64,000 nt of DNA from Escherichia coli (GTDB taxonomy: Bacteria; Pseudomonadota; Gammaproteobacteria; Enterobacterales; Enterobacteriaceae). Where the stretch lies: the NCBI RefSeq assembly GCF_001677475.2, contig NZ_CP015229.1. One strand, given 5' to 3'. The position numbers were made by a program, and so were the translations under genes. A model generated the notes under the pieces. That model searched no databases. It was not told the origin of the DNA and saw nothing but the letters and a program-made list of their open reading frames with translations. Below are positions 11,101 to 20,869 of this stretch, piece after piece; the first letter of the stretch is position 1, and every line of letters begins with the position of its first letter.

Positions 11101-12149
11101 CACCGAATCCGACACCAGAGCCGACGCCAGAGCCAACGCCTGTTCCTGACCAGACTCTGGATAATGACCTGCGCCCGGAGGCTGGTGGTTACATCGCGAA
11201 CCTTGCGGCAGCCAACACAATGTTAACCTCCCGACTGCATGAACGTCTGGGGAGCACATACTATACCGATCTGGTCACGGGTGAGCAGAAACAAACCACC
11301 ATGTGGATGCGTCATGAAGGGGGTCACAACAAATGGCGTGATGCAAGTGGCCAGTTGAAAACCCAAAGCAATCGCTATGTTCTGCAACTGGGGGGCGATA
11401 TCGCGCAGTGGAGTATAAGTGGCAACGACCGCTGGCATCTGGGGGTCATGGCTGGTTACGGTAACAGTGACAGCAAGACTATCTCATCGCGCACCGGTTA
11501 TCGAACTAAAGCAAGCGTGAATGGTTACAGCACGGGGTTATATGCGACCTGGTATGCGGATGATGAGTCACATAACGGGGCGTATCTCGACAGTTGGGCG
11601 CAGTACAGCTGGTTTGATAACACAGTGAAAGGGGATGACTTACAAAGTGAATCCTATAAATCAAAAGGATTTACCGCTTCACTGGAAGCTGGATACAAAC
11701 ACAAATTAGCTGAATTTAATGGCAGCCAGGGAACGCGTAATGAATGGTATGTTCAGCCGCAAGCACAGGTTACCTGGATGGGAGTCAAAGCCGATAAGCA
11801 CCGCGAAAGCAACGGAACCCTCGTTCATAGCAACGGTGATGGCAATGTTCAAACCCGACTTGGCGTAAAAACCTGGCTGAATAGCCACCATAAAATGGAT
11901 GACGGTAAATCCCGCGAGTTCCAGCCGTTTGTAGAAGTGAACTGGCTACATAACAGTAAGGATTTCAGCATCAGTATGGATGGCGTGTCCGTCACTCAGG
12001 ATGGAGCCCGAAATATTGCTGAGATAAAAACCGGGGTGGAAGGACAGCTAAATGCCAACCTGAATGTCTGGGGGAATGTGGGCGTTCAGGTTGCCGATAG
12101 GGGATATAATGACACCTCTGCAATGGTTGGCATTAAGTGGCAATTCTGA
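8160..12149 (+). CDS. ehaA: AIDA-I/EhaA-type autotransporter adhesin
   Basis: Extended autotransporter signal peptide (MNKIYRLKWNRSRNCW...), long repetitive beta-helix-like passenger, Pro-rich linker PEPDPMPNPEPNPTPNPTPEPTPEPTPVP, C-terminal beta-barrel ending ...GIKWQF; sits next to betT as ehaA does in O157 genomes (symbol from memory). Confidence 0.75.
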   Translation: MNKIYRLKWNRSRNCWSVCSELGSRVKGKKSRAVLISAISLYSSLVFADDVIVNQDKTIDFGKENQSIDYRITVTDNANLVINATDTSRPRLTLASGGGLDITGGKVTINGPLNFLLKGTGFLNVSNAGSELYADDLYESNSGMRHDRGYFNVSNGGKIHVKGTSRLTYLQGNVSGEGSQVNSKTFFMGVYGSYGGNQYLSVNNGGEVNASEKISLGYYDQVSDTTLAVSEGGKISAPTISLSTNSELALGAQEGSAAKAAGIIDAEKIEFVWAKTSDKKITLNHTDKNATISADIVSGSEGLGYINALNGTTYLTGDNSAFSGKVKIEQNGALGITQNIGTAEITNRGKLHLKAEDSMTFANKISGNGTISIDSGTVELTGNNYAFYGYIDVASDAVAVISEDKNIGRAELDVDGKLQINANKDWVFDNDLEGRGIVEINMGNHEFSFDEFAYTDWFQGSLAFQNTTFNLEKNAEFLQRGGITAGQGSQVTVGKGAHSISSLGFSGGTVDFGALAAGAQMTEGTVNISKTLDLRGEGVIQVSDSDVVRSVSRDIDSALSLTEVDDGNSTIKLVDAQGAEVLGDAGNLQLQDKNGQILSSSAQRDIQQNGQKAAVGTYDYRLTSGVNNDGLYIGYGLTQLDLHATDSDALVLSSNGKSENAADLSAKITGSGDLAFSSQKGQTVSLSNKDNDYTGVTDLRSGTLLLNNDNVLGHTHELRLAAETELDMNGYSQIVGTLNGSADSLLSLNGGSLTVTNGGTSTGSLTGSGELNIQGGTLDIAGDNSNLTANVNIANSANVLVSHAQGLGSANVENNGTLALNNSAEKRAAASVNYTLGGNLTNNGTLMTGMSGQQAGNVLVVKGNYHGNNGQLVMNTVLNGDDSVTDKLVVEGDTSGTTAVTVNNAGGTGAKTLNGIELIHVDGKSEGEFVQAGRIVAGAYDYTLARGQGANSGNWYLTSGSDSPELQPEPDPMPNPEPNPTPNPTPEPTPEPTPVPDQTLDNDLRPEAGGYIANLAAANTMLTSRLHERLGSTYYTDLVTGEQKQTTMWMRHEGGHNKWRDASGQLKTQSNRYVLQLGGDIAQWSISGNDRWHLGVMAGYGNSDSKTISSRTGYRTKASVNGYSTGLYATWYADDESHNGAYLDSWAQYSWFDNTVKGDDLQSESYKSKGFTASLEAGYKHKLAEFNGSQGTRNEWYVQPQAQVTWMGVKADKHRESNGTLVHSNGDGNVQTRLGVKTWLNSHHKMDDGKSREFQPFVEVNWLHNSKDFSISMDGVSVTQDGARNIAEIKTGVEGQLNANLNVWGNVGVQVADRGYNDTSAMVGIKWQF

Positions 12150-12290
12150 TCTGAATAATGAGTAAAAGGAGAGAGAGCCGAACGGGAGATAATTCGGCTC
12201 TCTGTGTCATTTTCTTGCAGCCAGCTTTATCAGTCAGAGTGAAGACTCGCAGATTTAGCTGGCGCACAAGATTTAATCAAGGTGTGTTCA

Positions 12291-13379
12291 ATGGCTTCGC
12301 ATGATTTGAGTGTTTTTTTGGAAGAGTTCGGGGCAACGGTGAATTTGACGTTGCCTGGTATCGTGTCCGAAAAAGAACGGCTTTTACTCAAGCTGCTAAT
12401 GGAGGGAATGTCGGTTACAGAAATCTCACAGTACAGAAATCGCAGTGCAAAGACAATTTCACATCAAAAGAAGCAGCTGTATGAAAAACTAGGCATCCAG
12501 AGTGATATTACCTTCTGGCGGGATATCTTTTTTCAATATCATCCGCAAATCAGCAGTGGCACGGGAAATAAAAATAATTTTTATATCCCTGATAACCGTT
12601 GTCACCATATAGTCACGCCTGAAGCCATCAGTCTGGCGTTGGAAAACCACGAATTCAAACCGTGGATCCAACCGGTTTTCTGCGCGCAGACTGGGGTACT
12701 GACGGGCTGTGAGGTGCTTGTCCGCTGGGAACATCCACAAACGGGAATTATCCCACCGGATCAGTTTATTCCTCTGGCGGAGTCATCTGGTCTTATCGTC
12801 ATAATGACTCGCCAGTTGATGAAACAGACTGCGGATATTCTGATGCCGGTAAAACATTTGCTGCCGGACAATTTCCATATTGGCATCAACGTCTCGGCGG
12901 GTTGTTTTTTGGCTGCGGGATTTGAAAAAGAGTGTCTGAACCTGGTTAAGAAATTAGGTAACGATAAAATCAAACTGGTTCTCGAGCTAACGGAACGTAA
13001 CCCTATTCCGGTAACGCCAGAAGCCAGAGCGATATTTGACAGCCTTCATCAGCACAACATTACCTTTGCGCTGGATGACTTTGGTACGGGTTATGCGACC
13101 TATCGTTACTTGCAGGCGTTTCCGGTCGATTTTATTAAGATCGATAAGTCATTTGTGCAAATGGCGAGCGTGGACGAAATATCCGGTCATATTGTGGACA
13201 ATATTGTCGAACTGGCGCGTAAGCCTGGTCTGAGTATCGTGGCGGAAGGGGTAGAAACCCAGGAGCAGGCGGATTTAATGATCGGCAAAGGCGTTCACTT
13301 TTTGCAGGGCTATTTGTACTCTCCGCCAGTACCGGGTAATAAATTTATCTCTGAATGGGTAATGAAAGCAGGTGGTTGA
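12291..13379 (+). CDS. pdeL: c-di-GMP phosphodiesterase with LuxR-type HTH and EAL domain
   Basis: 362-aa ORF; N-terminal LuxR-like HTH (LLLKLLMEGMSVTEISQYRNRSAKTISHQKK) and C-terminal EAL-domain motifs; conserved position after the bet locus. Confidence 0.85.
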   Translation: MASHDLSVFLEEFGATVNLTLPGIVSEKERLLLKLLMEGMSVTEISQYRNRSAKTISHQKKQLYEKLGIQSDITFWRDIFFQYHPQISSGTGNKNNFYIPDNRCHHIVTPEAISLALENHEFKPWIQPVFCAQTGVLTGCEVLVRWEHPQTGIIPPDQFIPLAESSGLIVIMTRQLMKQTADILMPVKHLLPDNFHIGINVSAGCFLAAGFEKECLNLVKKLGNDKIKLVLELTERNPIPVTPEARAIFDSLHQHNITFALDDFGTGYATYRYLQAFPVDFIKIDKSFVQMASVDEISGHIVDNIVELARKPGLSIVAEGVETQEQADLMIGKGVHFLQGYLYSPPVPGNKFISEWVMKAGG

Positions 13380-13420
13380 TGTAAACCGCTATTCACAGCG
13401 CATCGGGAGGTTGGCAGCGA

Positions 13421-14353
13421 TTAATTCTCCCGATGCAGTAAATCCTGATAGATCCCCGTTAATATGCCATTTGGCGAAAATTGTTTTTTAATCCACTGCG
13501 TCACCTGACCGGTGGCAGAGTGCTGGGTCGCCAGTAACATGCGTGAATCCTGGCGCGGATTATGGATTTGTCGGGTAACCAGCAGGGATTGCGCCATCGC
13601 CTCACGGACCATGTAATCCGGCAAAAAACCAATTCCTTCGCCTAAAATCTGGCACTGACATTTGGTGTTGAAATCTGGCACCAGAATCGACTCCTGCCCA
13701 TGCAGCAACCAGCCCACTTTTTTATTAATCGTATGCGCGGTGTCCTCCACCATGATATTAGGGTAGAGACGCAGCTGGCTTTCGGCGATCGGCTCCGGCA
13801 CAAAGGCTAATGGGTGATCCGGGGCGATAGCAAAAGCCCAGCGAATTGCGCCAATCTCCGTGTAATCAATGCCGCCGCCGTCCAGCAGTGTGTCGGGCGC
13901 GCCGATAGCAATATTCGCCTGATTATTAATAATCGCATCCCAGACGCCGTTATACACTTCGGTCGTCACGGTAATCTGGCAGGTTGGAAACTGCTTTTTC
14001 AGTACCTGTAATAAGCGTGCGGTGTGTTTGGGCGTATAAAGCAGTTGGTTAATACAAATGCGCACCCGTGCTTCTATACCCTGCGAAATAGTATCGATGC
14101 TGCGTTTGATGGCGTGAAAATCATTCAGCAGGTCGGTAGCTTTGCGGAAAAAATAACGCCCGGACTCCGTTAACTCAATGCTTCGGGTACTGCGAGTGAA
14201 CAGCACCACATCCAGCCCCGTCTCCATTCGCTTGATGGTGTAGCTAATGGCGGAAGTGGTTAAACCCAACTCTTCTGCGGCTTTACTGAAACTGCCAAAA
14301 CGCGCAGCGGTAGTAAATGCCAACAGATTCTCTTCGGTAAAAATTGAGTTCAT
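13421..14353 (-). CDS. yahB: LysR-family transcriptional regulator
   Basis: 310 aa; N-terminal LysR HTH (FSKAAEELGLTTSAISYTIKRME) and substrate-binding domain. Confidence 0.8.
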   Translation of the reverse strand: MNSIFTEENLLAFTTAARFGSFSKAAEELGLTTSAISYTIKRMETGLDVVLFTRSTRSIELTESGRYFFRKATDLLNDFHAIKRSIDTISQGIEARVRICINQLLYTPKHTARLLQVLKKQFPTCQITVTTEVYNGVWDAIINNQANIAIGAPDTLLDGGGIDYTEIGAIRWAFAIAPDHPLAFVPEPIAESQLRLYPNIMVEDTAHTINKKVGWLLHGQESILVPDFNTKCQCQILGEGIGFLPDYMVREAMAQSLLVTRQIHNPRQDSRMLLATQHSATGQVTQWIKKQFSPNGILTGIYQDLLHREN

Positions 14354-14444
14354 TAAACCATTCCCGCCATTATCTAATATGAATTTCTCCAGCCATGACT
14401 GTAGAGGTATCGGTTAAAGATAGATAATCATTTTTGAATAACTT

Positions 14445-14942
14445 TTAATACCCGTCGCGTTTAGTCGTCGCTTCGCTTAATTTTTGTCCGCCATATTCTG
14501 AAATTATCCCCACGCAGTTACCCGCCAGATAACCCAGTAATGTCACCGTCCAGTTCATCCCGCTGGCAAAAAATAGCGTCATGCCGAGAAAGCCTCCGGG
14601 AATAAAAGACAATAAACCGAAACGTCCTTGCCAGACCACCACCGCCGAGAAGGGTACAGTCATAATCACGCTCGCCCAGAACGTGGACAATCCACTCACC
14701 GAGGCCAGCCAACCGGCAGCCAGCGCGGCGAAAAACGCCCACACCATCCCGGAATAATTAACCGCCAGGCTTCTGATAAACCCCGATTTACCGCCGCCTG
14801 CGGCATAAAAACTGCAAAAGGCGACGAAGCCAATGGTTCCTAATAATTCCCATCCCTGAGAGAGCCCGACATGTGAAGACACTAACTGCCAAAGCCCTGC
14901 ACAAATACCGACGGTGACACCCGTTGCCGTGAGTCCGTTCAT
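14445..14942 (-). CDS. yahC: small inner-membrane protein
   Basis: 165-aa hydrophobic ORF with several predicted TM helices; K-12 backbone position. Confidence 0.7.
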   Translation of the reverse strand: MNGLTATGVTVGICAGLWQLVSSHVGLSQGWELLGTIGFVAFCSFYAAGGGKSGFIRSLAVNYSGMVWAFFAALAAGWLASVSGLSTFWASVIMTVPFSAVVVWQGRFGLLSFIPGGFLGMTLFFASGMNWTVTLLGYLAGNCVGIISEYGGQKLSEATTKRDGY

Positions 14943-15199
14943 CTTGTTCCCCTCTTGTTAGACATGGACGAAAGCTACTCTTACATGTGCAGACTATAGA
15001 GAAATAAAACCTGATTGAGTGAAAGGGTATCGGGTCAAAGAAACAAATATTGCACTACCGCACACTGCGAAAAGATTGTTGAACATCATTCAACAAAAAG
15101 GCGAAATACGGCGAATTAAATTTAAGCGGGTTCTTTTATCAGATTATCGTTGCTATTCTCAATTCATCGAAAACAGCCACAAAAACCAGGGGAATGTGA

Positions 15200-15805
15200 A
15201 TGACTATAAAAAATCTACCTGCCGACTATTTATTGGCTGCACAACAGGGTGATATCGATAAAGTAAAAACCTGCCTTGCGCTGGGTGTCGATATTAATAC
15301 CTGCGATCGTCAGGGGAAAACGGCAATTACGCTGGCAAGTTTATATCAGCAATATGCTTGCGTTCAGGCATTAATTGACGCCGGAGCGGATATTAATAAA
15401 CAAGATCATACCTGTTTAAATCCTTTTTTAATTAGCTGTCTGAACGATGATTTAACCCTGTTACGGATTATTTTACCGGCTAAACCCGATCTTAATTGCG
15501 TCACCCGTTTTGGCGGTGTCGGCCTGACGCCTGCCTGTGAAAAAGGCCATTTAAGTATTGTAAAAGAGCTTTTGGCGCATACGGAGATTAACGTTAACCA
15601 GACTAACCATGTTGGCTGGACGCCGCTACTGGAAGCAATTGTGCTTAATGATGGCGGGATTAAACAGCAGGCGATTGTCCAGTTATTGCTTGAACACGGT
15701 GCCAGCCCGCACATGACGGATAAATATGGCAAAACGCCGCTGGAACTGGCGCGGGAACGAGGCTTTGAAGAGATTGCGCAGTTACTGATTGCCGCAGGTG
15801 CATAA
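15200..15805 (+). CDS. yahD: ankyrin-repeat protein
   Basis: 201 aa with repeated ankyrin motifs (GKTAITLAS..., GWTPLLEAIVLN..., GKTPLELARERG). Confidence 0.8.
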   Translation: MTIKNLPADYLLAAQQGDIDKVKTCLALGVDINTCDRQGKTAITLASLYQQYACVQALIDAGADINKQDHTCLNPFLISCLNDDLTLLRIILPAKPDLNCVTRFGGVGLTPACEKGHLSIVKELLAHTEINVNQTNHVGWTPLLEAIVLNDGGIKQQAIVQLLLEHGASPHMTDKYGKTPLELARERGFEEIAQLLIAAGA

Positions 15806-15844
15806 ACCGGGAGGCTTGCTATCAACACACCAGAAAGACGGTGT

Positions 15845-16708
15845 GTGTGGGCGCTAACTGCGGATGCTGATTTTCTGGCGCAGCGGGGGCAAGGACAGGT
15901 TGAACAGGTCTTTGCCAGAGCGGTAAATATCGCACTTCCGGCCCGCCAGCAGTTGCTGACGCTGCTTTGTGAAGAGTACGACAATGCGCCAAACAGTTGT
16001 CGGTTGGCACTCACTCACTTTGATGGTCTGTTCCGGCATGGTGATAAGGTTCAGTTTGACGATCAAGGCATTACGGTTGGTCAACATCTTCATATAGAGA
16101 TGAGTCGTTGTCGGCGTTGGCTGTCCCCAACCTTGCAAATGACCGCTGTGAATTTTCACCTTATCGCCTGGCAACAGTGGCATGACATTATTCATCAGCA
16201 CCTGGGGGAAAATGAAACACTGTTTAATTATTGCGGCGATAATCCGTTTTATCAGGCGTTAAATAAAGAATTACATATTAAACGACGGGCAGTTATTCAG
16301 GCCGTAAACGATAAACAAAATATCGCCTCAGCAGTCGCCAGTATGATGGGCTTAGGGATTGGCCTTACGCCATCAGCCGACGATTATTTAACAGGTCTGG
16401 CGCTTATTTTATTTATTTCCGGACATCCGGCGGAAAAATACAAAGAAGAATTTTATCTCGGTCTGCAACGCGGCAGAAATAATACCACGTTATTAAGTGC
16501 CATAACGCTGGAAGCCGCATTACAACAACGCTGCCGGGAAAATATTCATCGTTTTATTCATAACATTATTTATGACATCCCTGGGAACGCAACTCAGGCA
16601 ATAGAAAAAATTAAACATATTGGCTCCAGTTCCGGCTGCGACATGCTGTATGGCATGGCCGATGGTTGTGCGCTGAGCCAAACCTACGGAGGGAATTATG
16701 TCAGTTAA
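15845..16708 (+). CDS. yahE: conserved hypothetical protein
   Basis: 287-aa ORF overlapping the start of yahF by 11 nt; backbone position. Confidence 0.7.
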   Translation: MWALTADADFLAQRGQGQVEQVFARAVNIALPARQQLLTLLCEEYDNAPNSCRLALTHFDGLFRHGDKVQFDDQGITVGQHLHIEMSRCRRWLSPTLQMTAVNFHLIAWQQWHDIIHQHLGENETLFNYCGDNPFYQALNKELHIKRRAVIQAVNDKQNIASAVASMMGLGIGLTPSADDYLTGLALILFISGHPAEKYKEEFYLGLQRGRNNTTLLSAITLEAALQQRCRENIHRFIHNIIYDIPGNATQAIEKIKHIGSSSGCDMLYGMADGCALSQTYGGNYVS

Positions 16709-18245
16709 AATAGTCATTAAACCGAATACCTATTTTGATTCTGTCTCGCTGATGTCTATCTCCACGCGTGCAAATAAACTCGACGGCGTCGAGCAGGCAT
16801 TTGTGGCGATGGCGACCGAAATGAACAAAGGCGTACTGAAGAATTTAGGGCTGCTGACGCCGGAGCTGGAGCAGGCGAAAAACGGCGACCTGATGATTGT
16901 CATCAATGGTAAATCGGGTGCGGACAACGAGCAGTTGCTGGTGGAGATTGAAGAACTGTTCAACACCAAAGCGCAAAGCGGCTCGCACGAGGCGCGTTAC
17001 GCCACTATTGCCAGCGCCAAAAAGCATATCCCGGAAAGTAACCTGGCAGTGATTTCGGTCAACGGCCTGTTTGCCGCTCGTGAAGCGCGTCAGGCGCTGC
17101 AAAATGATCTCAACGTGATGCTGTTTTCCGATAACGTCTCGGTTGAAGATGAACTGGCTCTCAAGCAGCTGGCCCACGAAAAAGGGCTGCTGATGATGGG
17201 GCCAGACTGCGGCACGGCGATCATCAACGGCGCGGCGCTCTGCTTTGGTAACGCCGTGCGTCGCGGCAACATCGGTATTGTTGGCGCATCCGGCACCGGT
17301 AGCCAGGAACTGAGCGTCCGCATTCATGAATTTGGCGGCGGCGTTTCGCAACTGATTGGCACCGGTGGGCGCGACCTGAGCGAGAAAATCGGCGGCCTGA
17401 TGATGCTCGACGCCATCGGGATGCTGGAAAACGATCCGCAAACTGAAATCATTGTGCTTATCTCCAAACCGCCTGCGCCTGCGGTGGCCCGCAAAGTGCT
17501 GGAACGCGCACGTGCCTGCCGCAAGCCGGTGGTGGTCTGCTTCCTCGGTCGTGGCGAAACGCCAGTGGATGAGCAGGGGCTACAGTTTGCTCGCGGCAGC
17601 AAAGAAGCGGCGCTGAAAGCGGTAATGCTCTCCGGCGTGAAACAGGAACATCTCGAGCTGCATACGCTGAACCAGCCGTTGATTGCTGACGTGCGCGCTC
17701 GCCTGCAACCGCAGCAGAAATACATTCGTGGCCTGTTCTGCGGCGGTACGCTGTGTGACGAAACCATGTTCGCGGTGATGGAAAAACACGGCGATGTCTA
17801 CAGCAACATCCAGCCCGATCCTGAATTCCGCCTGAAAGATATCAACCGCAGCGTCAAACATACCTTCCTCGACTTTGGCGATGACGACTTCACCAACGGT
17901 AAGCCGCATCCAATGATTGACCCCACCAACCGTATCAGCCGCTTGATCGAAGAGGCGCGCGATCCAGAAGTGGCGGTGATCGTGATGGATTTTGTGCTCG
18001 GATTTGGATCGCATGAAGATCCGGTTGGTTCCACCATTGAAGCGATCAAAGAAGCGAAAGCGATCGCCGCTGCCGAAGGACGCGAGTTGATCATTCTCGC
18101 CTATGTGCTGGGTACCGATCTTGATACGCCATCGTTAGAACAACAAAGCCAGATGCTGCTTGATGCCGGAGTGATTCTGGCGAGCAGCAGCACCAATACC
18201 GGATTGCTGGCGCGTGAATTTATCTGCAAAGGGGAGGAAGCCTGA
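16698..18245 (+). CDS. yahF: FdrA-like acyl-CoA synthetase (NDP-forming) / succinyl-CoA-ligase-alpha-like protein
   Basis: 515 aa; CoA-ligase-like glycine-rich motifs (IGIVGASGTG, CGGTLCDE); stop overlaps the yahG start. Confidence 0.8.
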   Translation: MSVKIVIKPNTYFDSVSLMSISTRANKLDGVEQAFVAMATEMNKGVLKNLGLLTPELEQAKNGDLMIVINGKSGADNEQLLVEIEELFNTKAQSGSHEARYATIASAKKHIPESNLAVISVNGLFAAREARQALQNDLNVMLFSDNVSVEDELALKQLAHEKGLLMMGPDCGTAIINGAALCFGNAVRRGNIGIVGASGTGSQELSVRIHEFGGGVSQLIGTGGRDLSEKIGGLMMLDAIGMLENDPQTEIIVLISKPPAPAVARKVLERARACRKPVVVCFLGRGETPVDEQGLQFARGSKEAALKAVMLSGVKQEHLELHTLNQPLIADVRARLQPQQKYIRGLFCGGTLCDETMFAVMEKHGDVYSNIQPDPEFRLKDINRSVKHTFLDFGDDDFTNGKPHPMIDPTNRISRLIEEARDPEVAVIVMDFVLGFGSHEDPVGSTIEAIKEAKAIAAAEGRELIILAYVLGTDLDTPSLEQQSQMLLDAGVILASSSTNTGLLAREFICKGEEA

Positions 18246-19663
18246 TGAGCCAGTCACTGTTTAGCCAACCATTGAACGTTATTAACGTCGGCATCGCCAT
18301 GTTTAGCGATGACCTGAAAAAGCAGCATGTAGAAGTGACTCAACTCGACTGGACGCCGCCGGGGCAGGGCAATATGCAGGTGGTGCAGGCGCTGGACAAC
18401 ATTGCCGATTCGCCGCTGGCAGACAAAATCGCCGCCGCTAACCAGCAGGCGCTGGAACGCATTATCCAGTCGCATCCGGTGCTGATTGGTTTTGATCAGG
18501 CGATTAACGTGGTGCCGGGCATGACGCCGAAAACCATTCTTCACGCCGGGCCGCCAGTGACCTGGGAAAAAATGTGCGGCGCGATGAAAGGCGCGGTCAC
18601 CGGGGCGCTGGTGTTCGAAGGGCTGGCGAAAGACCTCGACGAGGCGGCTGAACTGGCGGCTTCCGGGGAGATCACCTTCTCGCCGTGCCACGAACACGAC
18701 TGTGTGGGATCGATGGCGGGTGTTACCTCGGCCTCGATGTTTATGCACATCGTAAAAAACAAAACCTACGGCAACATCGCTTATACCAACATGAGCGAGC
18801 AGATGGCGAAGATTTTGCGTATGGGCGCCAACGACCAGAGCGTGATCGACCGCCTCAACTGGATGCGCGATGTGCAGGGACCAATGCTGCGCGACGCGAT
18901 GAAAATTATCGGTGAGATCGATCTGCGCTTAATGCTGGCGCAGGCGCTGCATATGGGCGATGAGTGTCATAACCGCAATAACGCCGGGACGACGCTGCTG
19001 ATTCAGGCGCTGACGCCGGGGATTATTCAGGCGGGCTATTCCGTCGAGCAACAGCGCGAAGTGTTTGAGTTTGTCGCCAGCAGCGACTACTTCTCCGGCC
19101 CGACGTGGATGGCGATGTGTAAAGCGGCGATGGATGCGGCGCACGGCATCGAATACAGCACCGTGGTCACCACGATGGCGCGTAACGGCGTCGAGTTCGG
19201 TCTGCGGGTCAGCGGATTACCGGGGCAATGGTTTACCGGTCCGGCGCAGCAGGTGATCGGCCCGATGTTTGCCGGTTATAAGCCGGAAGATTCGGGGCTG
19301 GATATCGGCGACAGCGCCATCACCGAAACCTACGGCATTGGCGGATTTGCTATGGCGACCGCGCCCGCTATCGTCGCGCTGGTGGGCGGCACGGTGGAAG
19401 AGGCTATCGATTTCTCCCGTCAGATGCGTGAAATCACTCTCGGCGAAAACCCTAACGTGACCATTCCGCTGCTCGGTTTTATGGGTGTGCCGACGGCAAT
19501 CGACATCACCCGCGTGGGTAGCAGTGGCATTCTGCCGGTGATCAACACCGCCATCGCTCATAAAGATGCGGGCATCGGCATGATTGGCGCGGGCATTGTG
19601 CATCCACCATTCGCCTGCTTCGAAAAAGCCATTCTTGGCTGGTGCGAACGTTACGGCATCTGA
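18245..19663 (+). CDS. yahG: conserved protein of unknown function, partner of yahF
   Basis: 472-aa ORF translationally coupled to yahF (ATGA overlap). Confidence 0.75.
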   Translation: MSQSLFSQPLNVINVGIAMFSDDLKKQHVEVTQLDWTPPGQGNMQVVQALDNIADSPLADKIAAANQQALERIIQSHPVLIGFDQAINVVPGMTPKTILHAGPPVTWEKMCGAMKGAVTGALVFEGLAKDLDEAAELAASGEITFSPCHEHDCVGSMAGVTSASMFMHIVKNKTYGNIAYTNMSEQMAKILRMGANDQSVIDRLNWMRDVQGPMLRDAMKIIGEIDLRLMLAQALHMGDECHNRNNAGTTLLIQALTPGIIQAGYSVEQQREVFEFVASSDYFSGPTWMAMCKAAMDAAHGIEYSTVVTTMARNGVEFGLRVSGLPGQWFTGPAQQVIGPMFAGYKPEDSGLDIGDSAITETYGIGGFAMATAPAIVALVGGTVEEAIDFSRQMREITLGENPNVTIPLLGFMGVPTAIDITRVGSSGILPVINTAIAHKDAGIGMIGAGIVHPPFACFEKAILGWCERYGI

Positions 19664-19669
19664 CATGCA

Positions 19670-19886
19670 AAGTGCGCGTTGTCTCTGCCGGATGCGGCGT
19701 GAACGCCTTATCCGGCCTACGAGTGGCGCAAGAACCTGTAGGCCTGATAAGCGTAGCGCATCAGGCATTTTTCACGATTGCCGGATGCGGCGTGAACGCC
19801 TTATCCGGTCTACGAATGGCACAAGAATCTGTAGGCCTGATAAGCGTAGCGCATCAGGCAATTTGGCGTTGGTCATAACCCCATCA
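19670..19886. repeat. REP/BIME array (two tandem ~105-bp units)
   Basis: Tandem near-identical units containing GCCGGATGCGGCGTGAACGCCTTATCCGG and CTGTAGGCCTGATAAGCGTAGCGCATCAGGC palindromic REP motifs. Confidence 0.75.
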
Positions 19887-19909
19887 CCCTCTGTAGCGGA
19901 CATAACAAT

Positions 19910-20860
19910 ATGAAAGAACTTGTGGTCGTTGCCATTGGTGGCAACAGCATTATCAAAGATAACGCCAGCCAGTCGATTGAGCATCAGGCGGAGGCGGTGA
20001 AGGCCGTCGCCGATACGGTGCTGGAAATGCTGGCTTCCGATTACGACATTGTGCTGACCCACGGCAACGGACCGCAGGTCGGTTTGGATTTACGCCGCGC
20101 GGAGATTGCCCACGAGCGCGAAGGGTTGCCCTTAACGCCGCTGGCGAACTGTGTGGCGGATACGCAAGGTGGCATTGGCTATCTGATCCAACAGGCGCTG
20201 AACAACCGGCTGGCACGCCACGGCGAGAAAAAAGCCGTCACCGTGGTGACTCAGGTGGAAGTGGATAAAAACGATCCGGGTTTTGCTCATCCCACCAAGC
20301 CCATCGGCGCATTCTTCAGTGAATGCCAGCGTGACGAATTACAAAAGGCAAACCCTGAATGGCGTTTTGTTGAAGATGCCGGACGGGGCTATCGCCGCGT
20401 GGTCGCCTCGCCGGAACCGAAACGTATTGTCGAAGCACCGGCCATTGAGGCATTGATCCAACAAGGCTTTGTGGTCATCGGCGCGGGCGGTGGCGGCATT
20501 CCGGTGGTGCGCAGTGAAGCGGGGGATTACCAAAGCGTGGACGCGGTTATCGACAAAGATCTCTCTACCGCGCTACTGGCCCGCGAAATTCACGCCGACA
20601 TTCTGGTGATCACCACTGGCGTGGAAAAAGTGTGCATTCACTTTGGCAAACCCCAGCAGCAGGCGCTCGATCGGGTGGATATTGCCACCATGACCCGCTA
20701 TATGCAGGAAGGGCATTTCCCGCCCGGCAGCATGTTGCCAAAAATCATTGCCAGCCTGACGTTCCTGGAACAGGGCGGCAAAGAAGTGATTATCACCTCG
20801 CCGGAATGCCTGCCTGCGGCGCTGCGCGGTGAAACGGGCACCCATATCATTAAAACGTAA
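19910..20860 (+). CDS. yahI: carbamate kinase-like protein
   Basis: 316 aa; amino-acid-kinase fold motifs (VVAIGGN..., ILVITTGVEKV) typical of carbamate kinases. Confidence 0.85.
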   Translation: MKELVVVAIGGNSIIKDNASQSIEHQAEAVKAVADTVLEMLASDYDIVLTHGNGPQVGLDLRRAEIAHEREGLPLTPLANCVADTQGGIGYLIQQALNNRLARHGEKKAVTVVTQVEVDKNDPGFAHPTKPIGAFFSECQRDELQKANPEWRFVEDAGRGYRRVVASPEPKRIVEAPAIEALIQQGFVVIGAGGGGIPVVRSEAGDYQSVDAVIDKDLSTALLAREIHADILVITTGVEKVCIHFGKPQQQALDRVDIATMTRYMQEGHFPPGSMLPKIIASLTFLEQGGKEVIITSPECLPAALRGETGTHIIKT

Positions 20861-20869
20861 GGACGTAAG

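Noticed and set aside
19584-19913. Track ORFs of 109 and 78 aa inside the REP array between yahG and yahI
   Set aside because: Reading frames are produced by the tandem palindromic repeats (duplicated peptide segments CRMRRERLIRPT...); no SD; likely artefacts of REP sequence.
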